Counted from the stretch's first letter, positions 9,477 to 17,733 are shown. The stretch: 32,000 nucleotides of DNA from Nitrospirota bacterium (GCA_963701855.1 CAVPBK010000005.1:92721-124720); one strand, 5' to 3'. The notes: generated by a model not told the origin, from the letters alone. Program-made: numbers and translations.

Positions 9477-9923
9477 TTACGGTACTTCGACGATGTCCTT
9501 CTTCATAGGACCCAGCACAGCAAGGAGTTCGTTCTTTTCCCTGGCTGGCACGTTGAACGTATCCAATGCCTTGACGAGGTCTTCAACCAGGGCATTGAAG
9601 GCAGCCGTCGTGATTTTCATGCCGGCATGCGTTGTTTTCATGTCTTTCCCATCATAGGTGCAGGGGCCTCCGCTGGCTTGGCAGACCTGGTCGACCAGCT
9701 GCTTCTTCAGGTGCGGCAGATCGGCATGGGCAAAATACCCGTTGATGCGGGTGTCTTGGCCCACGATGCTGACGAACTTGCCGACGACGGCCGTGATAGG
9801 GCCGGTTCCGCCGAGCCGTTCATATAGTGAGGGCAACGGAGCATCGGCTGCCCACACCGGCGATGAGATCAACAGCAAGGAGACGGTCAGCATAGTCTTG
9901 ATGGCGCAAGAAAGTTGTTTCAT
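9477..9923 (-). CDS. group I truncated haemoglobin (trHbN-like) with an N-terminal Sec signal peptide
   Basis: SLYERLGGTGPITAVVGKF..YFAHADLPHLKKQLVDQV..GGPCTYDGKDMKTTHAGMKIT..F aligns by eye along its length with the trHbN pattern (SIYDKIGG..FF....LGGP..Y.G..M...H.G.GIT). MKQLSCAIKTMLTVSLLLISSPVWA precedes it. AAGGAG lies upstream of ATG 9923. Confidence 0.85.
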   Translation of the reverse strand: MKQLSCAIKTMLTVSLLLISSPVWAADAPLPSLYERLGGTGPITAVVGKFVSIVGQDTRINGYFAHADLPHLKKQLVDQVCQASGGPCTYDGKDMKTTHAGMKITTAAFNALVEDLVKALDTFNVPAREKNELLAVLGPMKKDIVEVP

Positions 9924-9995
9924 GAAAGGCGCTCCTTTTTGAGAGGTAATTGAGGGCTTCCTTCGAGTGCACAGCTCTATCATATTTCAGGTCGT

Positions 9996-10943
9996 TTAGG
10001 GCTTCCAGGGCGTCAGTGGCATCAGCGGAGCATCCTTGGCTACCGGTGTAATCGTCAGCGCGGCAATGGCTCCACGAAGGGCTCCAGTGAGCGAATGCGT
10101 CACAATCGGATAGACCCCGGGTGATTCGGAGACCAAGTCGAATGTGGCGGCGCTTCCGGGTCCTACGACATAGGTTTGTACCCCTGTGAGTTTGTTGGCA
10201 GGGTTCCCGCTCTCGTAGACGTTGTCCCAAATCTCGCCGATCGGGTGGAGCGAGGAAAACTCGTTGGGGCCCGCGTTCACAAAATAGATCCGGACCCGCT
10301 CATTCGGTTTCGCCTCTAGCGCTTCCGCGCCGATGAAGAAGGGATGATACTTGAAGATCCCTCCGTTGAAGACCGTATAGTCGAACTTCCGAGCGAACAT
10401 GGCCTCGACATCGTCGGGGTTCTTCCAGAGCTCAGATTGGACCAACAAAAACTCCCGGTCCGCTTTCGGCCAGACCTTCGGATCCTTGGGATCGACGATA
10501 ATCGCGCCGAACATGCCGCGCGCGACGTGCTGAATCATGGGTGCTGCGCCGCAATGATAGAAAAACACGCCGGGCTTCTTCGCCACAAAGGTGAAGGAAA
10601 TGGTTTCTCCCGGATTGATGGCCCGGTAGTTCTTCAGGAAATCGATTTCCGCCGCATGGAAGTCCATGGCGTGTGGAAAAACATTGGTCTTGGGATTCTC
10701 CAGCGTGAAGTTGACAGTGTCACCTTCCGTGACCCGCACGGCCGGCCCCGGCATCTGGCCGTTGAACGTCCAGGCCTTATATTTCGTTCCCGTTCCTTCA
10801 ATCACGATTTCCGTTTCGAGCGCCGTCATCTTGACGTCATGGGTCTTCGCGGATGCCTCGGAGGGCAATCCCATCAATCCGGCAATCGCAAGGGCCGTGG
10901 CCCCTGCGATGGCCATGAGTTGAGGTGATCGTCTTTTCATCAT
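9996..10943 (-). CDS. nirK: copper-containing nitrite reductase, NirK family (two-domain multicopper oxidase)
   Basis: Cu-ligand motifs HAMDFHA (type 1 His, Asp, type 2 His) and FFYHCGAAPMIQHVARGM (His-Cys...His...Met), plus a C-terminal THSL His. Signal peptide MMKRRSPQLMAIAGATALAIAGLMGLPSEASA. GAGGAG lies upstream of ATG 10943. Confidence 0.88.
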   Translation of the reverse strand: MMKRRSPQLMAIAGATALAIAGLMGLPSEASAKTHDVKMTALETEIVIEGTGTKYKAWTFNGQMPGPAVRVTEGDTVNFTLENPKTNVFPHAMDFHAAEIDFLKNYRAINPGETISFTFVAKKPGVFFYHCGAAPMIQHVARGMFGAIIVDPKDPKVWPKADREFLLVQSELWKNPDDVEAMFARKFDYTVFNGGIFKYHPFFIGAEALEAKPNERVRIYFVNAGPNEFSSLHPIGEIWDNVYESGNPANKLTGVQTYVVGPGSAATFDLVSESPGVYPIVTHSLTGALRGAIAALTITPVAKDAPLMPLTPWKP

Positions 10944-11175
10944 GGTTGGACTCCTCTCTGAAATGGTTGGGCGAACTTCTCCGGGCAAATGTGCAACTGG
11001 TCTTTTCTTATGTGAAGGGTCTCACTGGCACTTCGTCTGTATGTGAGGAAAAGAATAACAGAGCAAAATTGTCTAGTGTATATCGTAGCGTTCGGTTAAG
11101 AATCAAGCCCTTTGTTAGTCCCAAATGAGCCTGTGACCCAAAACCCGAAAAGTAGGCCAGGGGGAGCTTGAGGAA

Positions 11176-11485
11176 ATGCCCCGCGACGTGGTCTTCTTAA
11201 CTCAGAAGGAGGACCCGACGAGGGCACGACGACGAGGGTATATCGAAGAGCAGCTCCTGGCGGCCGTGCGACACGCGGAGGGCGGGACGACCGTAGTCGA
11301 GGGCTGTCGAGAGGTGGGGATCAGTGAGCAGACGTTCTCCCGCTGGAAACGAACGTACGTAGGGCTGGGGCTGAGCGAACTCCGCGAGCTCCGGCAACGC
11401 CGAGAAGAGACCACGAAACTGAAGCGGCTGGCGGCCGATCTCTCACTTGATCGGCATAGGTTGCAGGAGATGGTGCGAAAAGAGC
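11176..11485 (+). CDS. IS3-family OrfA (HTH plus leucine zipper)
   Basis: YIEEQLLAAVRHAEGGTTVVEGCREVGISEQTFSRWKRTY..LRELRQRREETTKLKRLAADLSLDRHRLQEMVRKE is the typical OrfA pattern. The track ORF 11176..12033 continues only as out-of-frame read-through. Confidence 0.65.
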
Positions 11486-12229
11486 GGTACGGCCTCGGGA
11501 CCGGCTGGCGCTGGCCCGCTGGGCGCACACGACCTACCAGGTCAGTGAGCGCCGACTCACGGTCGTGTTGCGGCGGGAGGGGGGCACGTGAATGCGAAAC
11601 GGATCTATCGGCTGTATACGGACGAAGGGCTGACGGTGCGGACGAAACACCGCACGAAGGCCGCAGGCCGAGCCCGTGTGCCGCAGGCCCGAGCCACGGC
11701 GCCGAACGAGCGGTGGAGCATGGGTTTTATGAGCGAGCGTGTGGCGAATGGCCGCTGGGTTCGGATTCTGACCGTCGTGGACCAGTTTACACGGGAGTGT
11801 CTGTGCTTGGTGGCGGATCAGTCGCTCACCGGAGAGACGGTGGCGGAGGCGGTAGAGCCGGTGGTGATGCACCGGGGCGCACCGCGTGCGCTCACCGTGG
11901 ACAACGGCAGCGAATTTTCCAGCCGCGTCATGGATGCCTGGGCCTACCGGCATGGGATCCCGCTGGATTTTATTCGACCGGGGAAGCCGGTGGCGAATGG
12001 CTTCATCGAGAGTGTCAATGGGCGGCTCCGTGATGAGGGTCTGAATGTGGACGTGTTCTTCACGCTGGACGAGGTGCAGGAGAAATTGGCGCGATGGCGG
12101 ACGGACGATAACCTCCTACGCCCGCACAGTGCGTTTCAGGATCAGGCGCCAGTCTCTTTTGCGGCGAAGTGGTTCGCCGCCCGGCCGACGGCTCCGGCCT
12201 CTTCCGAATTGCTGGAGCCACTCACGTGA
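11480..12229 (+). pseudogene. IS3-family OrfB (DDE/rve transposase), disrupted
   Basis: The -1 frame gives AVRPRDRLALARWAHTTYQVSERR, which runs directly into VVLRREGG and a stop, so about 60 aa normally between these motifs are missing. A further frame switch is needed to reach VNAKRIYRLYTDEGL. NERWSMGFM has Gly where the first catalytic Asp is expected. VDNGSEF and IESVNGRLRDE are retained. Confidence 0.7.
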
Positions 12230-12327
12230 GCGATGCGAGCGTTGTAACGCTGCATGGGCGGCTCACACCGATCACGCGCAGGCCAATTCCTCAGGGCTCG
12301 ATCGGTCTACATTCGCGGGGCGGGTCA

Positions 12328-12986
12328 GAAAGCCACAACATCGATTTTCATGCGGTCACTGGACCGGGTGGTGGAGCAGCAAGCCTCAATACCGACCAGG
12401 GGAGGAAAGTGAGTTACGATTTAAGGCCCTCAATGCTGGCCTCCATTTCTATCACTGTGCCACCGCATCGCCATCCATTCCTGAACACATTGCGAATGGA
12501 ATGTATGGCGGGATCTTAGTTGAGCCGGTTGGCGGGCTTCCCAAGGTAGACAAAGGGTTTTATGTCGTGCAGAGCGAGTTTTACACCAAGCCTGGCAAGA
12601 AGGGCGAGACCTTGGAATTTTCGTTCGAAAATGGGTTAACGGAGCACCCGTTACATGTGGTGTTTAACGGCATGGCGGGTTCGCTTATCAAGAATCTTCT
12701 GATGGCCAAGGTGGGCGACACCATTCGAATGTATTATATCAACGCAGGACCCAATCTGACCGAAAATTGGCACGTCATCGGCGAGATATTTGACAGGGCG
12801 TACCCCAAGGGTTCCTTGATTATGCCTCCATTGCAGAACGTCCAAACCACTGTCGTGCCGGCTGGTGGCTCTTCCATGGCAGAGTTTAAGATCGAGGTGC
12901 CTGGAACCTATATCAATGTGGACCACGCAATCTTCCGCATCGCAAAAGGCGCCGTTGGCCTGATAAAGGTGGAAGGTGCGGAGTAA
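12328..12986 (+). pseudogene. nirK: second NirK-type nitrite reductase, 5'-truncated at the IS3 end and frameshifted
   Basis: ESHNIDFHAVTGPGGGAASLNTD (frame of 12169..12519) continues as PGEESELRFKALNAGLHFYHCATASPSIPEHIANGMYGGILVEP... (frame of 12045..12986). A 1-nt shift is required near 12394-12398. There is no N-terminal about 100 aa and no signal peptide. The C-terminal domain is intact through VDHAIFRIAKGAVGLIKVEG. Confidence 0.8.
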
Positions 12987-13119
12987 TCGGACATCTACAA
13001 GAACCTCCTGAAGTAATCGGAGGAGATTACACCGCTGTGACCTCAAAACACAGCGGTGTAAATCTGTAGCGGTCAGGCATCATGGTTTGATGAATGTGAC
13101 GCAGTAACCTAGTCTAGGG

Positions 13120-13150
13120 GAGGGAGAGGCATTGCTTCTCCCTCTTTTTA
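13120..13150 (+). terminator. rho-independent terminator
   Basis: An 11-bp stem (gagggagaggc / gcttctccctc, one G-U pair) with a 3-nt loop, followed by TTTTT. Confidence 0.7.
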
Positions 13151-13311
13151 TTCGAAAGGGTGAGTTAATGGGGTGATCGCAGAGCATCTGGTTCACAGCA
13201 TATCGACGTCACGAAGTTCCCGGTAAGATCGCTGTCAGCCCATCTCCAGTTGCGTGTGGATCATCTTGCGTGTGGGTCATCGTCCGTTCTGCAAGACTCA
13301 ACTGCATGTAG

Positions 13312-13539
13312 ATGTTTCCCATGCAACATTTTCCCTCAAAAATGTTGCACTTGGAGTTAGTACTCAAGACCATTTTTACGTCAGGAAAACCTCACGGAAC
13401 TGGATTGGGGATGGCTATCTGCAAGAACATCATCGAGGGCCATCATGGAGATATCCATCTGACAAGCGAAGTCGGAACAGGCACCACCGTGAATATTTGG
13501 CTGCCGTTATCCCAAGATAGCCAGCTGGTGAAAGGCTAG
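13312..13539 (+). pseudogene. C-terminal tail of a histidine kinase (HATPase_c G2 box only)
   Basis: IFTSGKPHGTGLGMAICKNIIEGHHGDIHLTSEVGTGTTVNIWLPL is the last about 50 aa of an HATPase_c domain. No H-box or N-box is encoded upstream. Confidence 0.75.
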
Positions 13540-13544
13540 CCCCT

Positions 13545-14145
13545 GCAGGCATCATCTTTGTGGTTGACGAAGAGCAGGCGACCCGCTCTGCCATTACCAA
13601 ACGGCTGACTCGGCAAGGCCACCATGTGGTGGTTGGGCATGAAACCGGTGAAGCGTTGCTGGAGGGGCTTCAATACAACCTTCCTGACCTTGTGTTGCTC
13701 GATGTGAAAATTCCATTTCTTCAACGGTCTGAAGCACATGCTTTAACGCATCTAGCTGGCTCAGGAGTTCAACAAACCAATTTCTGATATTGCTCCAGCA
13801 GCGCGTGCGATACTGGAGCGATACCAATATCCCGGAAACGTTCGTGAGCTTTAGAATATTCTCGAACGGGCTTTGATATTTTGCCAGGGACGGACGCTTA
13901 AGCTCACTTGTTTGCCAAGTGAATTGTGTGAGATCTCACCGCATGTGGCAGTGGCCTCAGAAACTGTGACAGATTCGGTGGTCCGGATCGATATGAAGCT
14001 CGGACAATAGACCCTCGCTGACATTGAGCGGATGATCATCGCTGAAGTCTTGCGGCTGACGAGCTACAATAAGACGTTGGCTGCCAAGCAGCTAGGTCTC
14101 ACTCGTTTTTCGCTCGATCGACGGTTAAAGAAGGTTGCAGACTGA
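13545..14145 (+). pseudogene. relic of an NtrC-type sigma54-dependent response regulator lacking the AAA+ core
   Basis: The REC N-terminus (IIFVVDEEQATRSAITKRLTRQGHHVVVGHETGEALLEGLQYNLPDLVLLDVKIP) shifts frame to FNGLKHML*RI*. It then jumps to the extreme C-terminus of the AAA+ domain and the HTH (ISDIAPAARAILERYQYPGNVREL*NILERA...TLADIERMIIAEVL...NKTLAAKQLGLTRFSLDRRLKK). There are four in-frame stops, no ATG, and about 250 aa missing. Confidence 0.8.
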
Positions 14146-14398
14146 TGAGGCGAACTTTTTCACTTGGCTGCCGAGTTTCTGGTTTGTCCTTGTAGGGAGA
14201 TATCGACGAGGGTCGCCGCTTGATTGCTCAGATCCACAACTCTTCCGGTGTTATTTTCTGATCGTGGGTTCATTCCAGCGACTGCCTATCCGTGAAGACG
14301 GCGCTCGAGAGAACGAGCGGGAGAATGTCATGCACTTCGTGCCTGACAGGCGTGTTGCGCCGTCTTCGAGATGTCCATATAAGCATTCTTCTCGTTCC

Positions 14399-14446
14399 AT
14401 AAAAAAGCCGATCCGCCGGCCCGTCTCACGACGGCGGCGGATCGGC
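14399..14446 (-). terminator. strong rho-independent terminator of the amoCAB operon
   Basis: On the minus strand, 24 nt after the amoB stop: gccgatccgccg / cggcggatcggc, a perfect 12-bp stem extended by an inner 5-bp ccgtc/gacgg stem, followed by TTTTTTAT. Confidence 0.85.
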
Positions 14447-14469
14447 GTCACGCTTACGTGACTAAACCC

Positions 14470-15735
14470 TTAGCTTGCTGAGGCCCTCGTGAAGACCGGG
14501 ATGATGTTACCAGCAATACTGTTGATGTGGCGATTGCCGGATTCGTCCCAAGCCATGATGAGACCTCCGAAGCGCTGATCAGGATCGTGGACCAGGTCCA
14601 TAAGTCTCTGTATTTCCCAGAGCGAGTCTCTCGAGTCGAGCTTGACCTCTTTGCTTTCGCCCGGGTTGATTGGTGACTCATCCTCGATATGCAAGCCGTC
14701 TGTTGCCATAATCTCCGCTGGGTAGTCCGGGTCCATGTTGTTGGCTACGCCAACCTTGTTGAGGAACCGGATACCTGCTGTTGTGAACTCTCCAATCCTG
14801 AGTGGCTGTTCACCGCTGTTGGTCACCTGCAGGGTCATGCGCAGGGCGCGACCAGGAACATCGTAATCTGCGGCGAGCACCTTTACCGTAAGATCCGACT
14901 TCAAATGAGTCGCCTTGATCTTTGGTTCACCCGCCTGGAGCGGGATGGTATACGGATACTGACTGTCCGTAACGAAGAAACCAATGGCAATCAAAACAAA
15001 GACCACTCCTAGCATCCCAAAGGCCACTACGCGATCAACTGGATCGTTCAACAGTGCGTCTCCACCCTCTTGGGCCAACACACGCGCACGAATGAGGAAC
15101 ATTGGTCTGATCATGAACCAGCCGATCCAGGCAAATCCAAGCCCACCCCATAACAAATGCCAGAAGAGCCCGGCCGCTAGGCCTGCGGTTTCTGTATCGA
15201 TGGTTCCTCCAACCAACAGCTTTGCTGGGTTGGTGAAATCTTTATAATTGCCTGTGATATCCATCCAGCCTCCAGGTCCGGCGATAGGCCCGGCCCCATT
15301 GACTGCCAACATCGGGTGGATGTGGTGGTGGCCAGGTAACCGGCCCCTCAGTTTAATCACGTATTCGTAGTCCCCACCGATCTCCACCGGGCCCGAGGTG
15401 AACATCGGAACCCCGTTCACTTTCGAGCTGAGACGTGTGAACACCGAACTTGGGCTCCCCACGTTGATGAACGTACGATTGGGCTTGACGACGGCCCGAG
15501 GCCAGTCTTCCGATATGTGCAACTTCCCCGACAACATCGCTTCATCGTTGACGGCGGTTTTCGACGGATTCCACCTTGTGTCGTACCATTGAGCGGTACG
15601 CATCCGCAGGAACGGTTCCTGAGAGCGCTCCCCGTGGGCGGCAGCGGGTGAGGCATTGAACACCAGGGTGAGCCCCAGCGTCGCCATCCCGAGGGAGCCA
15701 ATCACGCACAATTTGAATATGTTTTTAGCGTTCAT
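14470..15735 (-). CDS. amoB: ammonia monooxygenase subunit B
   Basis: Signal peptide ending AAA, then HGERSQEPFLRMRTAQWYDTRWN (the AmoB/PmoB hallmark with an N-terminal His). GHHHIHPM supplies the H-x-H copper ligands. Two internal TM helices and a C-terminal cupredoxin-like domain are present. Confidence 0.95.
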   Translation of the reverse strand: MNAKNIFKLCVIGSLGMATLGLTLVFNASPAAAHGERSQEPFLRMRTAQWYDTRWNPSKTAVNDEAMLSGKLHISEDWPRAVVKPNRTFINVGSPSSVFTRLSSKVNGVPMFTSGPVEIGGDYEYVIKLRGRLPGHHHIHPMLAVNGAGPIAGPGGWMDITGNYKDFTNPAKLLVGGTIDTETAGLAAGLFWHLLWGGLGFAWIGWFMIRPMFLIRARVLAQEGGDALLNDPVDRVVAFGMLGVVFVLIAIGFFVTDSQYPYTIPLQAGEPKIKATHLKSDLTVKVLAADYDVPGRALRMTLQVTNSGEQPLRIGEFTTAGIRFLNKVGVANNMDPDYPAEIMATDGLHIEDESPINPGESKEVKLDSRDSLWEIQRLMDLVHDPDQRFGGLIMAWDESGNRHINSIAGNIIPVFTRASAS

Positions 15736-16625
15736 GATTTCCCTTCCGCTAATGTAGCTCCGCCCGACAATCTAGGTGCAACTCCATCCGGCGTACCATG
15801 TCTCGCTGCATACTCATCTGTACCGACGATCATGATGTCGTTCTTCCGTGACATAACGCCACGTCTACCCTTAACCCAAAAGAATGCTTGCCCGACAAAG
15901 TGCCCCACTTGCCACCAAATGGTGAACATCAACATGGAGATGAAGGCCGAGAAGAACGCGGAAATCCAGACGGTGTGGCCGCCAAACGTACGCAGCGATC
16001 CCACCTCGATGATCCGGATATATTCAGGTGTCCCCGTACGGACATAGGTGAATCCCATGTAGTCTGCCAGAGATAGCAGCTGACCATCCACCACCATCGG
16101 TTGATGGCTGTACCCGAATAGGGCATAGTTTGTCGGATTAAACATCATCGCGAACGCCCATACCCCGAATATCGCTGTGAGCATCCAACTCCGAGTCAGC
16201 AACAGGGTACAGTCGAGGATCAGCGCACTGGAGACCATGGTGGCCGGCATGACGAAGTTTGCCGGAAAGTTGGCCCACCAGTACCAGGCAAACAGAACCG
16301 TGATCCATTTCCCGACAAGGAGCCCCGTGATGCTCAACGTGGCACCAAACGGTTGCCGATAGAATGTCCAGAAGTAGTACATGATCGCTCCGGGATACAT
16401 GACCTCTACAATTGGTGTGACCGTCACCCAAAACTGCCGGTCCTTCCAATCGATCCAGAAATCCCAGTCTCCTGCAAGCAGGTCGAAGTGCATATGAAAG
16501 GTTGCGAACACCCCTAAATACGCAATCGGAAGAAAATACACCGCGTCTATCATTCTTGACAGCTTGACGCCTTCCGGCGGAAGCTTGCTGGCTTTGATAA
16601 TCTCAGCGGTTCTAAACAGTGCCAT
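15732..16625 (-). CDS. amoA: ammonia monooxygenase subunit A
   Basis: MALFRTAEIIKASKLPPEGVKLSRMIDAVYF..HMHFDLLAGDWDFWIDWKDRQFW..YVRTGTPEYIRIIE..RTFGGHTVW closely parallels the Nitrosomonas AmoA sequence as I recall it. A 4-nt ATGA overlap links it to amoB. Confidence 0.95.
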   Translation of the reverse strand: MALFRTAEIIKASKLPPEGVKLSRMIDAVYFLPIAYLGVFATFHMHFDLLAGDWDFWIDWKDRQFWVTVTPIVEVMYPGAIMYYFWTFYRQPFGATLSITGLLVGKWITVLFAWYWWANFPANFVMPATMVSSALILDCTLLLTRSWMLTAIFGVWAFAMMFNPTNYALFGYSHQPMVVDGQLLSLADYMGFTYVRTGTPEYIRIIEVGSLRTFGGHTVWISAFFSAFISMLMFTIWWQVGHFVGQAFFWVKGRRGVMSRKNDIMIVGTDEYAARHGTPDGVAPRLSGGATLAEGKS

Positions 16626-16678
16626 TTGTCCCCTCCTCGCTCGTTCTGAACATCTGTTCCCTCCCTAAATTTCCAACT

Positions 16679-16729
16679 GGCTGGGCGGCCCCGCTCTTTC
16701 CGGCATCCGGAGTACGGGGCCAGCCCGCC
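16679..16729 (-). promoter_or_regulatory. GC-rich compound stem-loop in the amoC-amoA intercistronic spacer
   Basis: ggctgggcggccccg (16679-16693) pairs with cggggccagcccgcc (16715-16729) at 12 of 15 positions. It encloses an inner tccgg-cat-ccgga hairpin. No U-tract follows. A GAGGAGG RBS for amoA lies downstream. Confidence 0.5.
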
Positions 16730-16746
16730 AAAGTCGACGGCACGAC

Positions 16747-17544
16747 TTAGTACGGGATCACGTGCAAGCAGTCCTTGCTCTCGTTGTTCCAGACCACATC
16801 GCACAGGTTCGACATGCGCGCGACGATCTGCGCCGCGACGCCGCCCGTGCCCCCGAACAATCCGCACCAGCCCAGAGTCACAAAGCCCCAGTGCAATGGC
16901 GCCGCAAAGAGTTCATCGACGAACCAGAACGCATGCCCCCACTCATTGAGGCCCACGTTGGGAAGAATCATCATCGGCCCCACGATCGCCCCCACCAAGG
17001 GGAACGACACCGCCTTGCTGAACTGCGGCAGCCGGGTCATGGCATACAGATAGCTCGCCACGCCACAGGTGATGTACAACGGGAAGGTGAAGTAGAAGGC
17101 AATGATATGGCTGGCCGTGAAGCTGGTGTCGCGGATGATCACCTGGTGCCACGACGCATCCTGCTCCAAAGTGTACGAACCCGCCCAGTACACGCCGAAC
17201 ACGTATACCGCAAGCCACATCATCCAATAGAAGTACCGCTTGAGCTCGGTCTTGGGATCCACGTTGGCAATGTTGCGATCCCGGGTACTCCATATCCACC
17301 CAAGGGTGGAGGCCGAGAAGATGATGTTGGAAATCACGTTAAAGCGCCACAGCCCCATCCAGACATTTTCGAACTCCGGCGTCATGGAGTCCAAGCCGTG
17401 GGAATACCCAAAGACGCGCTGAAAGACGACCTCGGCCCCTACCGCCGCCAACATCGTAAACCAGCCGATCTTGAGGGGCCGGGAATCGTACCAGAGCGAC
17501 ATGTCGTAGCCCCGATCCGCCCCTCCCCATGTTGTACTAGCCAT
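16747..17544 (-). CDS. amoC: ammonia monooxygenase subunit C
   Basis: [40 protein letters not shown], a six-TM pattern and [20 protein letters not shown] are AmoC/PmoC hallmarks. AAGGAGG lies 6 nt upstream of the ATG. Confidence 0.95.
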   Translation of the reverse strand: MASTTWGGADRGYDMSLWYDSRPLKIGWFTMLAAVGAEVVFQRVFGYSHGLDSMTPEFENVWMGLWRFNVISNIIFSASTLGWIWSTRDRNIANVDPKTELKRYFYWMMWLAVYVFGVYWAGSYTLEQDASWHQVIIRDTSFTASHIIAFYFTFPLYITCGVASYLYAMTRLPQFSKAVSFPLVGAIVGPMMILPNVGLNEWGHAFWFVDELFAAPLHWGFVTLGWCGLFGGTGGVAAQIVARMSNLCDVVWNNESKDCLHVIPY

Positions 17545-17650
17545 ACACTGACCTCCTTGTTAAGTGATTGAGACCCACCGCTTACTTCCAGAGAAAAATT
17601 CTCCGGCGAAACATTGATACTGGTTGCTGCCGTTAGATCTGCGTGGCGGG

Positions 17651-17680
17651 AGATTAGCGGATACAGTTTCTTGATGTCAA
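17651..17680 (-). promoter_or_regulatory. candidate sigma70-type promoter for amoC
   Basis: The minus strand reads TTGACA (17680-17675), an 18-nt spacer, then TAATCT (17656-17651), about 105 nt upstream of the amoC ATG. The -35 sits inside the palindrome cttgacatcaag. Pattern match only. Confidence 0.3.
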
Positions 17681-17733
17681 GTAGAATATCCAAGGTGGAA
17701 GCCTTGTCTCGCCTGCAAAATGCGTGCAACGAT

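Larger units (their letters stand above)
11134..12327 (+). mobile_element. defective IS3-family insertion sequence (IS407/IS2-like orfA-orfB organisation)
   Basis: Imperfect terminal inverted repeats: TGACCCAAAACCCGAAAAGTAGGCC (left) against the reverse complement of the right end, TGACCCGCCCCGCGAATGTAGACC. orfA and orfB are joined by an A-rich slippery site (cgaaaag, 11476-11482). Flanking triplets ctg and gaa differ, so there is no target duplication. The right boundary is uncertain by some tens of bp. Confidence 0.7.

Noticed and set aside
11176-12033. 285-aa ORF read as a single transposase
   Set aside because: Only the first about 100 aa look like IS3 OrfA. The remainder is Gly/Arg-rich read-through out of frame with the recognisable OrfB sequence (frame of 11588..12229).
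12279-12302. A PGQFLRAR-like peptide in a third frame that might extend the nirK relic further left
   Set aside because: Its spacing to the HNIDFH motif is about 10 residues too short for NirK. It also falls inside the segment bounded by the predicted IS3 right inverted repeat. It is probably chance, but it leaves the IS/nirK junction uncertain by tens of bp.
12045-12986. 313-aa ORF read as an intact protein
   Set aside because: Its first about 120 aa are out-of-frame IS3 tail and out-of-frame nirK sequence. NirK similarity begins only at PGEESELRFKAL. It is treated as part of the nirK pseudogene.
13028-13060. 12-bp perfect hairpin (tacaccgctgtg / cacagcggtgta) after the nirK relic
   Set aside because: No U-tract follows on either strand. 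The nearby hairpin at 13120-13150 has the proper terminator form, so this one was not called as a terminator.
14294-14367. 11-bp perfect inverted repeat (gaagacggcgc / gcgccgtcttc) with a 52-nt loop
   Set aside because: It lies beyond the amoB terminator, with no flanking promoter or U-tract. On its own it is insufficient to call an RNA element or binding site.
14135-14461. 108-aa (+) and 66-aa (-) ORFs between the regulator relic and amoB
   Set aside because: They span the amoB terminator hairpin, are Arg-rich, and have no RBS. The region is better explained as 3' UTR and intergenic DNA.
16762-17571. 269-aa plus-strand ORF, plus similar long antisense ORFs at 10344..10928, 4656..5237, 1812..2222 and 19604..20119
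   Set aside because: They lie entirely opposite amoC, nirK, malQ, the regulator and copD respectively. Their Arg/Pro/Gly-rich, low-complexity translations are characteristic of the antisense frame.
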